Shown one piece after another: positions 46,501 through 56,033 of a stretch of 64,000 nucleotides of DNA; the first letter of the stretch is position 1; each line of letters starts with the position of its first letter. The DNA comes from an uncultured virus (IMG/VR IMGVR_UViG_3300025141_016052). Its lineage: Duplodnaviria > Heunggongvirae > Uroviricota > Caudoviricetes. Location: IMG/VR virus record IMGVR_UViG_3300025141_016052. One strand, written 5' to 3'. The position numbers were made by a program, and so were the translations under genes. A model generated the notes under the pieces. It did no database searches. It was not told the DNA's origin and saw only the letters and a program-made list of their open reading frames with translations.

Positions 46501-47466
46501 ATGACAATTAGTCCATTTAAAGATAGGTTTGAAAAATCTTCAGCATTGACTGGGTCAGCTACAAGTGCAATTGCACCATCTGTGGGTGTTAGCTCATCAT
46601 TCTCACTTGTCAACCATGCATCAGGAGGGATGACCACAAAAGACATTGATAGATTTAGGCAGGGAACAAGTGTAGTGTCTAGAAGGTATCTTAGAAGAAA
46701 CTCACCTACGACTGTGGACACTACAAGGGGTGTCGGTGTTATTGGATCTCTTCCAATTTTAACATCAAATGGATATGATGGGGAAAGATTTGATGAAATT
46801 CATGCAATAGAAGTTAGAGACTTTGGGCAACCCAAGCTCTTTAAAGATAATGAGCCATTTGAAGATATTGCCACAATGAATATAAGCACAAAAATATCTT
46901 CAAATATAACGTCTGCATATGGTGGTGCAATAGACTACATCAATGATGTCGGTCAACAACAATACCCCGTTATTCTATCTAATGTCTCTATGAAATATCC
47001 AGACCAGATGGACGGTGTAATAGAGCCTTTTGCCATAAGAGAAGTTATAAGCAATAGATCTGCAGAAACACCTTTTGTTGCACATAGGGTCCGTGCCCAT
47101 ATTATGGATGGAAATATTGAATCAACATACGGATCAGATACAATTACACAGATTGTCTCAGTAACGGGATCTCAGGAAGTTGATCCATTTATAGATGCAG
47201 CTGAGGTTGCAATGGCAAATAGCAGTTATACATTATTTGCACCGGGCTTTACATCAGATATAGAAAGACTGTCACCCCCTTTTCTTGATAGGGGTTCACC
47301 TGGTGCAGAGGGAAAAGAGAGGTTTTGCATGGTCTTGGTGGGAACAGCATCATCAAGGGACGTTGGCCTAGTTGACTCTCATCACAAGGCTGCAGGATCA
47401 GGATTTAGTTATGAAAATAATCCCGAGGGTACAGACTCTATAGCATTTGGCGGATTGAAAAGATGA
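46501..47466 (+). CDS. Hypothetical virion-module protein
   Basis: 321 aa ORF; DGVIEPF and C-terminal GTDSIAFGGLKR. Confidence 0.55.
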   Translation: MTISPFKDRFEKSSALTGSATSAIAPSVGVSSSFSLVNHASGGMTTKDIDRFRQGTSVVSRRYLRRNSPTTVDTTRGVGVIGSLPILTSNGYDGERFDEIHAIEVRDFGQPKLFKDNEPFEDIATMNISTKISSNITSAYGGAIDYINDVGQQQYPVILSNVSMKYPDQMDGVIEPFAIREVISNRSAETPFVAHRVRAHIMDGNIESTYGSDTITQIVSVTGSQEVDPFIDAAEVAMANSSYTLFAPGFTSDIERLSPPFLDRGSPGAEGKERFCMVLVGTASSRDVGLVDSHHKAAGSGFSYENNPEGTDSIAFGGLKR

Positions 47467-50400
47467 GTGACAATAGACAACTAGGAGACTTTAACAGGCC
47501 AGTCGAAAGGGTCAGAGAGTATCCGGACTTAAGATTAAATTTTTCTACACTAGGCGTGGGAAGGTCTGCGGGAGGAAGACAGGGAAAGACAAACCTTGAG
47601 TACAAACTAGGGGGATATCTTGCCGGATGGTGGGACTTTAGAAAGCCAGGAGGAACACCAACAGCTGTCAACCAGTACAACGACAGCAATAACGGAACGC
47701 TTTCAGGTATTTCAGATGTTAACCTAGAGGAAGATAATCCATTTGATGTAAGAGATGGACCAGAAAGACAAAGACCCCTCTCAGCAACTTTTAACGATAC
47801 TAATACTGTGTATCTTGTAGATAATGGCTCTGGGGTCGGAGACTCTGAGTACACACCCTCTGCATCTACAACACTTGGCTTCTGCATCCAGGCGTGGGTA
47901 AATAGAACCGGAGGCTCTTCAAGTGATGACACAATTGTCTCACTGGCAAGAAACAATGGAAATAATGCAACTCAGACAAAGATGGTCTACAGACTTTACT
48001 TTGAAGACGATGATGATAAGCTAACATTTAGAATGTACGAGGGATCTGCAGCACAGACAGGTAACTACATAGAGGAGAAGATGGACACTGCATGGCAGCA
48101 TGATGGCTCTTGGGCACATATACTTCTCTATGTAGATCAGACAGGAGCGGCATCAGATCCAGGAATAGTATTCTTTGTTAATGGAATCAGACAGTCATCT
48201 ACAACTACAAAAAATAGCTGGGGCGGTCTGACACTTCCAAGCCCACTTCCTCCTTTGACAATAGGCGCACAAAGACAGGTAAATGGATCTGGAGTCTTTA
48301 CATCAAATTCAGAATTTTTTAAAGGCTCTATGTCTGAGATTGCCTTTTGGAAGGATATTCCAAAGGGAGGTAGGCTTGTCAATGAGAATGCTGCTTCAGC
48401 ACTATATTCTGCAAGAAAAGGATTCTACTCAAACAAGTCAGGAATTCTAAGTGAGCCATACAGGTTAGAGCTAAGAAGAAGAGATTCTGCAACCGGATCT
48501 TATCCTACAATCAATAGAACGGGAGACAGGACTAGGTTAGGAAATTATTCTACAGTATTTGATGATAGAAAGACAATTGCATTTACAACATCTTCAGCTG
48601 TGTATCCACAAGTCTTAAATTCTGATTCTCCAAATTTTATATTTCCAACTAGCTCAATAGGCACTGTAACAAGAAATCTAAGAAAAGGAGTGTCAGACGG
48701 CCGTGTTGAATTTACTCCTGGTGAGTCTCTCGGGCCATTTGACGATAGTCTAATAGCCTTAGGTACCACTAAATTTTATATGACAGGAACATCTCCAGAG
48801 GTAATGGAGGGATTTTCTAATCCACTTAAGAGCAAAACACAGCTATTTTTTGATATCACACCATCAGAGACTCTTACACTAACAAGATCACCAAATGCTA
48901 GATTTAAACCCCTTGATGCAAGTGCTCAACCTACTAAGACAGGATTTGCATACTGGAATGCATCACTAAGAAGATGGGAGCAAATAGGAACATCAGATCC
49001 TGCCACAGGTGCAGATATTAAATTTGATTACGCAATTAAGGGCGGCAGTTTAAATACCATGGCAAGCGGGACAAACTCATATCCTCAGCAGTTTACACCT
49101 TGTCAACATACTGGATTTTCAAGAACAGACATACTCTCTAATGATAACGAAAAACTATTTAAGCAGAGGTTATACCACCTAATAGGATCTCCAACAGTCT
49201 CATCTTTTGCACCATTTAAAACCATATATCATGCAACAAGTAGCCAGACAGTTAGAATGTCTGATTATATATCTCATCCATTTCTTTTAGAAAAGATAGT
49301 AGTTAAAATGGAGGGCAGGGCACAGCGAATTCACCCAAGAGGTAGAGAGGGTGCTGCACTAAGACATCAAGATGACTATATGTTCTTTATCTATAGACAG
49401 GAGAGAAGAAATCAAAGCGGAAGCTTTAGAGGAGGAGGGCCGACAAGTGCAGCACAAGGAACACCTACACCTTCTAAATTTTTTAGGATTGACTCAGCTG
49501 CAGATGTAACAGGAAGTCAGAGATTTCTAGTATGCAGCGGTGCAATGACATTTTATCAGGGGTCAATACCGACAACAGATGCAGATTCAAACAGAGTTGT
49601 ATACGACTACAGTCCATACAATACACCTGCTTTCTCTCATGATTTTAATATTCCATCTGCTACAACAGATAATTGGAAAGTTGGTCAATTTACAGGATCT
49701 ATAAAGCTTGAAATAGAACCTGCAGTTGCAAGCCAGGGAATAAAGGGAAGATCTGTAATCTCTAACTGTGAGATCGGATCTCAAGCAACTAGGGGTGCTG
49801 CTGTTTATCACTATTGGCCTGGAGGAACTACATCAAAGCCATTTATGAATAGTACATCATCAAGAGGGGCAGCATATGATAATATTGAACCATCTCAGTA
49901 CACAGGCAAAGTAGGTGTCGAAGGAAGATATAGCACATATACATTTTATCAACTTCACAAAGGAGGATCTCCTGCAATTCCAATGTCAGCACAGGCTTCT
50001 AGGGAGCTTCCAATAGTTGAGATAGACCCCAGGACTATGAGACCTCTTGGCCCTCCAATAAACAATGGAATTGTCTTTGGAACTGCAGGAAATGCAAATG
50101 TCGGAAAGGCTCCAATAAATGATACAAATCACTCTGCAAAATCTCCATATATTTTATTTCCTGAAGATGAGATTGTATTTGGTCTCGAGGCTGCAATTGC
50201 ACCCGGAAACATATCAAGCCTAACAGGGTCTGGAAACTCTAATGGAAACTTTGGAGGACAAAATTCACTCTCAGGATCAAAGCTTGAGATATTTCAGTCA
50301 AATGAGAGACAAACAGTTATATTCTATGGCTCACTAGTAAGAGCTGGAAGAGAGCACCACGATACAATAAATCAGCCCCTAACATCTGATGCAATTCATG

Positions 50401-51476
50401 AGGCAATATTTGAACCAATAGTTGATCAGTGGGATATATCTTCTGAAGACACAAATGCAGGAACATATTGTGACAACTATGTGACAGGAAACATGGGTGC
50501 ATCTCCATGGCCTCACAACTCCATGGATGATGAATATCCCAATAACCTTAATTCTTCGATGAGGGGAGTTGCAGGTAGCTTTGTCAAGGGAACAGCACCA
50601 AATAGGGCAGGCTCATTTCAGAGATCTGTTACATTTTTTGGTGATTCTGAGAGATTCTATGACACACTTATGCCAGATATTCAGGAATATGCAAAGCGGG
50701 CAGGTGCTACAATGTTATCAACTGGATCTGCAATGCCCGCAATTGTCTTTGATCCACCAGAATTTTACATTGAAAGTCACCCACACGGTCAGGATAGTAG
50801 ATCTACAATGCCATTTCCCTATGAGGGAAATCCACAAAGAAAGGTAAATGACTCTACAAACATGCAAGTTGTAACAAAGGGAACAGTGGGATTCTTGTAT
50901 GGAGCAGACTCACAGCTTCAAATAAGACAACTACTTTTTCAAGTCGGGTTTAAGGGAGGAGATATTACAGTATATCAATATGGCCATGAAGGAGCAAGAT
51001 CTTATTCACTTAGCACGTATAATCACTCACACCCACAAGCGACAGGATCTACAGGATTTAGATATGGAATTCAAAATATAGTTCCAGAATATCCTAATGC
51101 TGTATTTAGAAGAAATCATTATGGTCAATTTAGAGATATGCTTGAGCAAAGACGTGATGGAAGATTCTATCGCCCAAGGCTTCAAGATTTAGACTTGCTT
51201 AGACTTGGAATGAATAATGAGACAAGTGTAGGAGATCCAGTTGTGATGTGCAAATTTACACTTTCTAGCTCAAACGAAGAAGTAAGTCCATATCTAACTA
51301 CGTGCTCAAATATGAGCTTTGCAGCTACATCATCTCTTCCCTATTTTGATGGAGATATCATAAATGTAACAAATCCGACAACACTTAAGACAGTGGCAAT
51401 AGTAAAGGGAGATCTGATAACTTCAGTAAGAACTGCATTACAGACTCCATCTACAAAGCTTGGCGGAAAATTTTAG
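47463..51476 (+). CDS. Large virion/tail protein with an N-terminal LamG-like domain
   Basis: GWWDF...FCIQAWV...WAHI...FFVNG...LTIGA...FKGSMSEIAFW, and C-terminal FRRNHYGQFRDMLEQR. Confidence 0.6.
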   Translation: MSDNRQLGDFNRPVERVREYPDLRLNFSTLGVGRSAGGRQGKTNLEYKLGGYLAGWWDFRKPGGTPTAVNQYNDSNNGTLSGISDVNLEEDNPFDVRDGPERQRPLSATFNDTNTVYLVDNGSGVGDSEYTPSASTTLGFCIQAWVNRTGGSSSDDTIVSLARNNGNNATQTKMVYRLYFEDDDDKLTFRMYEGSAAQTGNYIEEKMDTAWQHDGSWAHILLYVDQTGAASDPGIVFFVNGIRQSSTTTKNSWGGLTLPSPLPPLTIGAQRQVNGSGVFTSNSEFFKGSMSEIAFWKDIPKGGRLVNENAASALYSARKGFYSNKSGILSEPYRLELRRRDSATGSYPTINRTGDRTRLGNYSTVFDDRKTIAFTTSSAVYPQVLNSDSPNFIFPTSSIGTVTRNLRKGVSDGRVEFTPGESLGPFDDSLIALGTTKFYMTGTSPEVMEGFSNPLKSKTQLFFDITPSETLTLTRSPNARFKPLDASAQPTKTGFAYWNASLRRWEQIGTSDPATGADIKFDYAIKGGSLNTMASGTNSYPQQFTPCQHTGFSRTDILSNDNEKLFKQRLYHLIGSPTVSSFAPFKTIYHATSSQTVRMSDYISHPFLLEKIVVKMEGRAQRIHPRGREGAALRHQDDYMFFIYRQERRNQSGSFRGGGPTSAAQGTPTPSKFFRIDSAADVTGSQRFLVCSGAMTFYQGSIPTTDADSNRVVYDYSPYNTPAFSHDFNIPSATTDNWKVGQFTGSIKLEIEPAVASQGIKGRSVISNCEIGSQATRGAAVYHYWPGGTTSKPFMNSTSSRGAAYDNIEPSQYTGKVGVEGRYSTYTFYQLHKGGSPAIPMSAQASRELPIVEIDPRTMRPLGPPINNGIVFGTAGNANVGKAPINDTNHSAKSPYILFPEDEIVFGLEAAIAPGNISSLTGSGNSNGNFGGQNSLSGSKLEIFQSNERQTVIFYGSLVRAGREHHDTINQPLTSDAIHEAIFEPIVDQWDISSEDTNAGTYCDNYVTGNMGASPWPHNSMDDEYPNNLNSSMRGVAGSFVKGTAPNRAGSFQRSVTFFGDSERFYDTLMPDIQEYAKRAGATMLSTGSAMPAIVFDPPEFYIESHPHGQDSRSTMPFPYEGNPQRKVNDSTNMQVVTKGTVGFLYGADSQLQIRQLLFQVGFKGGDITVYQYGHEGARSYSLSTYNHSHPQATGSTGFRYGIQNIVPEYPNAVFRRNHYGQFRDMLEQRRDGRFYRPRLQDLDLLRLGMNNETSVGDPVVMCKFTLSSSNEEVSPYLTTCSNMSFAATSSLPYFDGDIINVTNPTTLKTVAIVKGDLITSVRTALQTPSTKLGGKF

Positions 51477-51485
51477 TAGGTTATA

Positions 51486-52094
51486 ATGTCAACAGACTTA
51501 GCAGCATCTGATCTTAGAAAAGTAGAGTCCATCACAGTAAGATCTGGCTCAGACGAGGGCGATATTGATGTAGTGATGTTTCCAAATCGTATCCAAATTG
51601 GATTAGATGATGAAGAGTTTAATCATGTTAATATCGTCTCAGGAAGTCTCAAGGTTACTGATTCAGTTAATGGAAAAATACTCCACTATACACATCACAA
51701 CTTTACAGTCGCATCTACAAGCGTTAACTATGTTCCAATGAACTCTACAACAGAGTCAACAACACGAACAGATGAGCAGATAGGCCTTCAAGCACCTCAC
51801 GACGGACAGCTTAAGAGAGTAATTATAAAGGTAAATGTTGCATGGGGATCGAATCTGGCTCATGCGACAACGATTGCCTTTCACAAGGGCCCAGATGGAA
51901 CTGAGAGTGTTAGTGCATCAGCCACAGAGTCAAAAACTAAGGCAATGATAGATGCAAATACAGTTAAGACTGCTTCCTTCTCTAGCTCAACGTTTAGTGC
52001 AGGAGATACAGTTGCTGTTTCAATTGATCCATATGCTAGTACTTCTGGAAAAGTTAGAATGACTTGTGTGTGGGAATATGATACTAACACATAA
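51486..52094 (+). CDS. Putative tail-fibre/virion accessory protein
   Basis: Beta-rich domain (APHDGQL...TIAFHK...FSAGDTVAVSIDP...VWEY) paralogous to 2-265. Confidence 0.55.
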   Translation: MSTDLAASDLRKVESITVRSGSDEGDIDVVMFPNRIQIGLDDEEFNHVNIVSGSLKVTDSVNGKILHYTHHNFTVASTSVNYVPMNSTTESTTRTDEQIGLQAPHDGQLKRVIIKVNVAWGSNLAHATTIAFHKGPDGTESVSASATESKTKAMIDANTVKTASFSSSTFSAGDTVAVSIDPYASTSGKVRMTCVWEYDTNT

Positions 52095-52113
52095 TTAGTG
52101 AAGAGGAAGATCA

Positions 52114-53091
52114 GTGGCAGGCATATTAGACAATAAAACTAGAATCATGGACGTTATCGTTACCGAAGAGGGTAAACGGCAAATTACATCTGGAAAGATG
52201 AGAATTGAGTTTGCAACATTCACTGACGGTCACACGTTTTATCAGGCAGATGTTGCAAGCGGATCTGACGATGCTTCAACCAGGCTTTTCTTTGAGGCCT
52301 GCTCACTACCGCGAGACCAGATAACATTTGAGACTGATGATTCTGGAAATCTTGTATCTTTCCAGGGAGGGGATTTTGAAGTAGGTTCTGATGGAATTAT
52401 ATATCAGGGAGAGGATAACGTTCGACTTAGCCCAGTAGAGAGTGGATCTATCTTCGCAAGCCTTGTCGATAATGTTCTTTCATCTTCAATTAATAATTTT
52501 AAAAACCTTCAGACAATTGGGTCAACAACATTTTTTGATAGTGATGAATTTGATACAAGTGTCGACGATGTTGATTTTTATATTTCAAATGATTCACCGT
52601 TTTCTGACCCTGATGGAGCATCAATCAATTTGGATAATATTGAACCACTATTTATGGACTATAGGCTTGGACACGTAGATAATTTTAAATTTCTACCCCC
52701 AATAATTTCAGCAGACATGTCATCAAATGGGCAAGAAGGTAACTTTGGTGAGTATACTGATTTAAATCAAAGTAGGCCTAATGACTGGTATGATCTATTT
52801 CAAAAAATTTGGCCCGGGTACCCTAGTGAAGAGCATATTCCGCAGTATGAGACAGTAAAGTTTACTAAAACAAGTGCATCTTCAAATATAATGTGTCAAT
52901 TTTTTGAAACAGGTGGGCAGTCTAGTACTAGGTTTAAAAAGCTTGACGTAATAGACTACGGAATTTTCTACCTAGACGACGGAAGTATGAAGCATGCATT
53001 TTTTGTAGGAAAGCTATTTATAGACAGTGTTGGACAACCAACATTTGTCAATATGTTTAATTTAATCTTTGACTATAATGGAGATTTATAG
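52114..53091 (+). CDS. Putative virion structural protein
   Basis: GTG start after GAGG; N-terminus GILDNKTRIMDVIVTEEGKRQ is paralogous to 63067. Confidence 0.6.
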   Translation: MAGILDNKTRIMDVIVTEEGKRQITSGKMRIEFATFTDGHTFYQADVASGSDDASTRLFFEACSLPRDQITFETDDSGNLVSFQGGDFEVGSDGIIYQGEDNVRLSPVESGSIFASLVDNVLSSSINNFKNLQTIGSTTFFDSDEFDTSVDDVDFYISNDSPFSDPDGASINLDNIEPLFMDYRLGHVDNFKFLPPIISADMSSNGQEGNFGEYTDLNQSRPNDWYDLFQKIWPGYPSEEHIPQYETVKFTKTSASSNIMCQFFETGGQSSTRFKKLDVIDYGIFYLDDGSMKHAFFVGKLFIDSVGQPTFVNMFNLIFDYNGDL

Positions 53092-53093
53092 TT

Positions 53094-56033
53094 ATGAAAG
53101 TAAGCTTGCCAACAATTTCTGCAATCCAGGACACAAGTGATATATGTGAAATTGATGATTACTATATATCTCAAACTGGAGATCCGGTCTATAGATACAC
53201 ATTTAGAATTAATGCAATTACAAATGATCTATTAAATAATGATATTTCAAGTCTAACAGTCAAGCTAGTTCCAGCAAAGTCACAATCTCCCACCAATGAC
53301 TTTAGAAAGATTGCCAGCGGAGATCTCTCTCCTGTGGCAAACGCATCTGCAGTCGGATATCAATCACTTGTTGAGGAAAGCTCAAGCCCAGAAGCTTCAG
53401 AAACTTTTGGAACAAGTTTTTCTGGTGGGCATCAGGAAGCAGACAGTACAAGATTGGAATTTAATAAAAACTCTCAAATATCAAAATCAATATTAAGCAG
53501 TCACATTCAAATAAAGAATGATATAAGCTCTAACAGAGAGAAAGAATCACTTGAGCAAATTGGATCAGATGTAATTTCTGTTGACGCTTCAATAGGCACT
53601 GCTGCAAAACAATCACTATTATCATCAAAAATGAAGTCTTCAATAGTGTCAGGAAGGGGTGATTCAATCTCGCTAGGGTCAAAGATATATGAAATATTTT
53701 CTGACGGTGGATATGAAATGAAGCTAAAGGGTGTGGGAAGTATTTTATCAAAAAAATCTTCAAAGGACTCCCCTATGAATGATTCGATATTGGTCCAGAA
53801 ATTTTCACCAAGCATTACAACAAATATTGGCTCTAATGCTGTAGAGTACGAGCTTGATTCAAGGGGAGATGTGTCACTAAGGTCAGGTGTAAAGAATAAG
53901 AGTGTTTCAACCGCTCAGGATTCACTAAGTGGTGAAATTGAAAGATCTGGAAATGGAAGAAGCACAATATCTTCTGTATACTCAAACACCACAGTTGCAA
54001 GCTGGTCTCTAATAAATCACTATGGGCTTTCTCCAGCAGAAATAGTTTCTAAAAATATGGGAGACTTTATAAACTCAGCATCAGATAATTTTTCAGGAAT
54101 ATCTACAAGATCGTCGGATATTTTAAACAAGATAGCTAGTGAGCCAAGTTCAAATTTAAAATCTTATGATGTTAGTCAGCTAGTTGGAACTTTAAGAGGT
54201 GGTGTAGAAAATATTCCACTAACACCTCCAACAAAGATATCTGATCTTTCTTCAAGCGATATTGTCCCTGTAGTGTCTCAAACTTCAACAAAGAATACTG
54301 AGTTTTCAACCACAATAGAGGTCCCGCATTCCAAAGTTTCATCAGGAGAATTTTATGTACTTCTTGACCTGACTGCCACAGATGGAAGGGTCCTACAGGC
54401 TACCACTATTAAAATAGATCATACATCAAAAGTATCAGACCTGCTCTATCCAAGAATTGCACCTACAGTTACAGTTTCAGAGATGGAGTTTTCTGGAGCA
54501 ACTATCACAGTTAATCAAATGGATCCAGGAGCAAATAAGGTTCTTATAATGACAAGACCTGTCGACAGTATGTCAATTGAATCAAACATTCAGTTTAAAA
54601 ATATTGGAACATTTAAAGCCGACTATCTTGGAGATCCTATATTTGTGTCTATAAATCAAAATCCAGGAAAGACCACACTAATTAGATGCATATCGATTGG
54701 AAAAGATGGAACTTATGGAAGATTTTCTGATTCCATTTTTAAGCCAAGCAAGACTGTCTCTAGGTCAGATATTAATTCAAATATTGGAAGTGCATCAATT
54801 ACTGCTACAAATATATCAGCAGGTATTGAAATAGTTGCAAAGCCAACGTCTGGCACACCTGTTTCTGTTAATATTTTAAGAAAAAATTTGACAACAGGCG
54901 AAAGAAGGTTTTCAATAATATCTTCTAGAGAATCACAGTCAAAATATTCAAAGGGAAAAAAATATAAACTAATCGACTCCGAAGCACACAGCGACCACAC
55001 TTACGAATATAAGTGCGAGTTTACATACACAACAGGCGAAAGAAAGATATTAGAGAGTAGTGCAATATCAACAAGAACAGCTGTAATAGATAATGTGAAG
55101 ATAAGTTGTGGCCAGCGGTCTGTAAAGAGGCTAGGCACAAAGGGAGCTTACTCAATTTCACTAGATGCAAATATGAATATTCCAAGTAGTGACGCTGACA
55201 GGGTAAAGACAACATTTGATGAGCTGGGTCTTTCCGAGCTATTTGGTGAAGACATAGATTCGATTAAGGATAATTTTGATAAAATAGCAATCTTTAATGT
55301 TAAAAGACTCGATGTAAATTCAGGAATAGAGCATGATCTTGGGCTTAAGTCAACTGGAAAGTTTACTGATGCTGGAGATTCATCAAGAGGAATACCAGCA
55401 CCTTCTTCTGGTGGGGAATATTTGTATAAATTTGAAGCATTTGTTAGAACACCCGCTCAGGTAATTAAAGAAACAGAGTCAACACAGACAGCACGAAATA
55501 CGTCTAATATAAATTCACTTCCATCCATAGAGCTTGGAAGATCAAAAAGCTCATCAGCCACAGACACTAATCCAAACTATAGTGAAAAATTTACATCACC
55601 CACTGTCCTAAGGTCTTCTACAATGTCCTATGGAAGCGCTCTATCTTCAAGACATTCTGAAAATACATTTGAACTAGGCAGAACGGGAGTAATAAAGACA
55701 GTAACTGTGTCTACACCTATAGTTTCTCCGTCTGTTAGAAGTTTAAATAAAATTAGAGTAAATAAGAAGAATGAGGCAATTTTAACGTGGTCTGTGTCTA
55801 GTGAAGGTCATAAAATTGATCATTTTATAATTTTAGCAAAGAGAAGCGGTGTAACTATTCCTGTCGGGACACATCACTCAGCATCAAGAAATTTAGGATT
55901 TACATATGTAGATAGGAGCCAGATGAGAATTATAGGAAAGGTTGACTATAGTATTGTGCCCGTATATCTGGACTATAGTCAGGGAGAACCTGTTAGAATT
56001 GGATCTGTAACTATAGGAGGAAATGCAACATGA
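53094..56033 (+). CDS. Large Ser-rich protein with FN3/Ig-like beta-domains
   Basis: 979 aa; YEYK, YLYKF and LTWS...HFII...FTYVD...YSIVPV patterns. Confidence 0.55.
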   Translation: MKVSLPTISAIQDTSDICEIDDYYISQTGDPVYRYTFRINAITNDLLNNDISSLTVKLVPAKSQSPTNDFRKIASGDLSPVANASAVGYQSLVEESSSPEASETFGTSFSGGHQEADSTRLEFNKNSQISKSILSSHIQIKNDISSNREKESLEQIGSDVISVDASIGTAAKQSLLSSKMKSSIVSGRGDSISLGSKIYEIFSDGGYEMKLKGVGSILSKKSSKDSPMNDSILVQKFSPSITTNIGSNAVEYELDSRGDVSLRSGVKNKSVSTAQDSLSGEIERSGNGRSTISSVYSNTTVASWSLINHYGLSPAEIVSKNMGDFINSASDNFSGISTRSSDILNKIASEPSSNLKSYDVSQLVGTLRGGVENIPLTPPTKISDLSSSDIVPVVSQTSTKNTEFSTTIEVPHSKVSSGEFYVLLDLTATDGRVLQATTIKIDHTSKVSDLLYPRIAPTVTVSEMEFSGATITVNQMDPGANKVLIMTRPVDSMSIESNIQFKNIGTFKADYLGDPIFVSINQNPGKTTLIRCISIGKDGTYGRFSDSIFKPSKTVSRSDINSNIGSASITATNISAGIEIVAKPTSGTPVSVNILRKNLTTGERRFSIISSRESQSKYSKGKKYKLIDSEAHSDHTYEYKCEFTYTTGERKILESSAISTRTAVIDNVKISCGQRSVKRLGTKGAYSISLDANMNIPSSDADRVKTTFDELGLSELFGEDIDSIKDNFDKIAIFNVKRLDVNSGIEHDLGLKSTGKFTDAGDSSRGIPAPSSGGEYLYKFEAFVRTPAQVIKETESTQTARNTSNINSLPSIELGRSKSSSATDTNPNYSEKFTSPTVLRSSTMSYGSALSSRHSENTFELGRTGVIKTVTVSTPIVSPSVRSLNKIRVNKKNEAILTWSVSSEGHKIDHFIILAKRSGVTIPVGTHHSASRNLGFTYVDRSQMRIIGKVDYSIVPVYLDYSQGEPVRIGSVTIGGNAT

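Noticed and set aside
47438..47956. 172-aa minus-strand ORF and the other short alternate-frame ORFs in the track
   Set aside because: They overlap long, motif-bearing + strand genes and have no recognisable motifs, so they are best explained as shadow ORFs.
54891..55044. 16-nt direct repeat ACAACAGGCGAAAGAA (54891-54906 and 55029-55044)
   Set aside because: Only two copies, both in frame and encoding TTGER inside one ORF. No sign of an array, att site or DGR.
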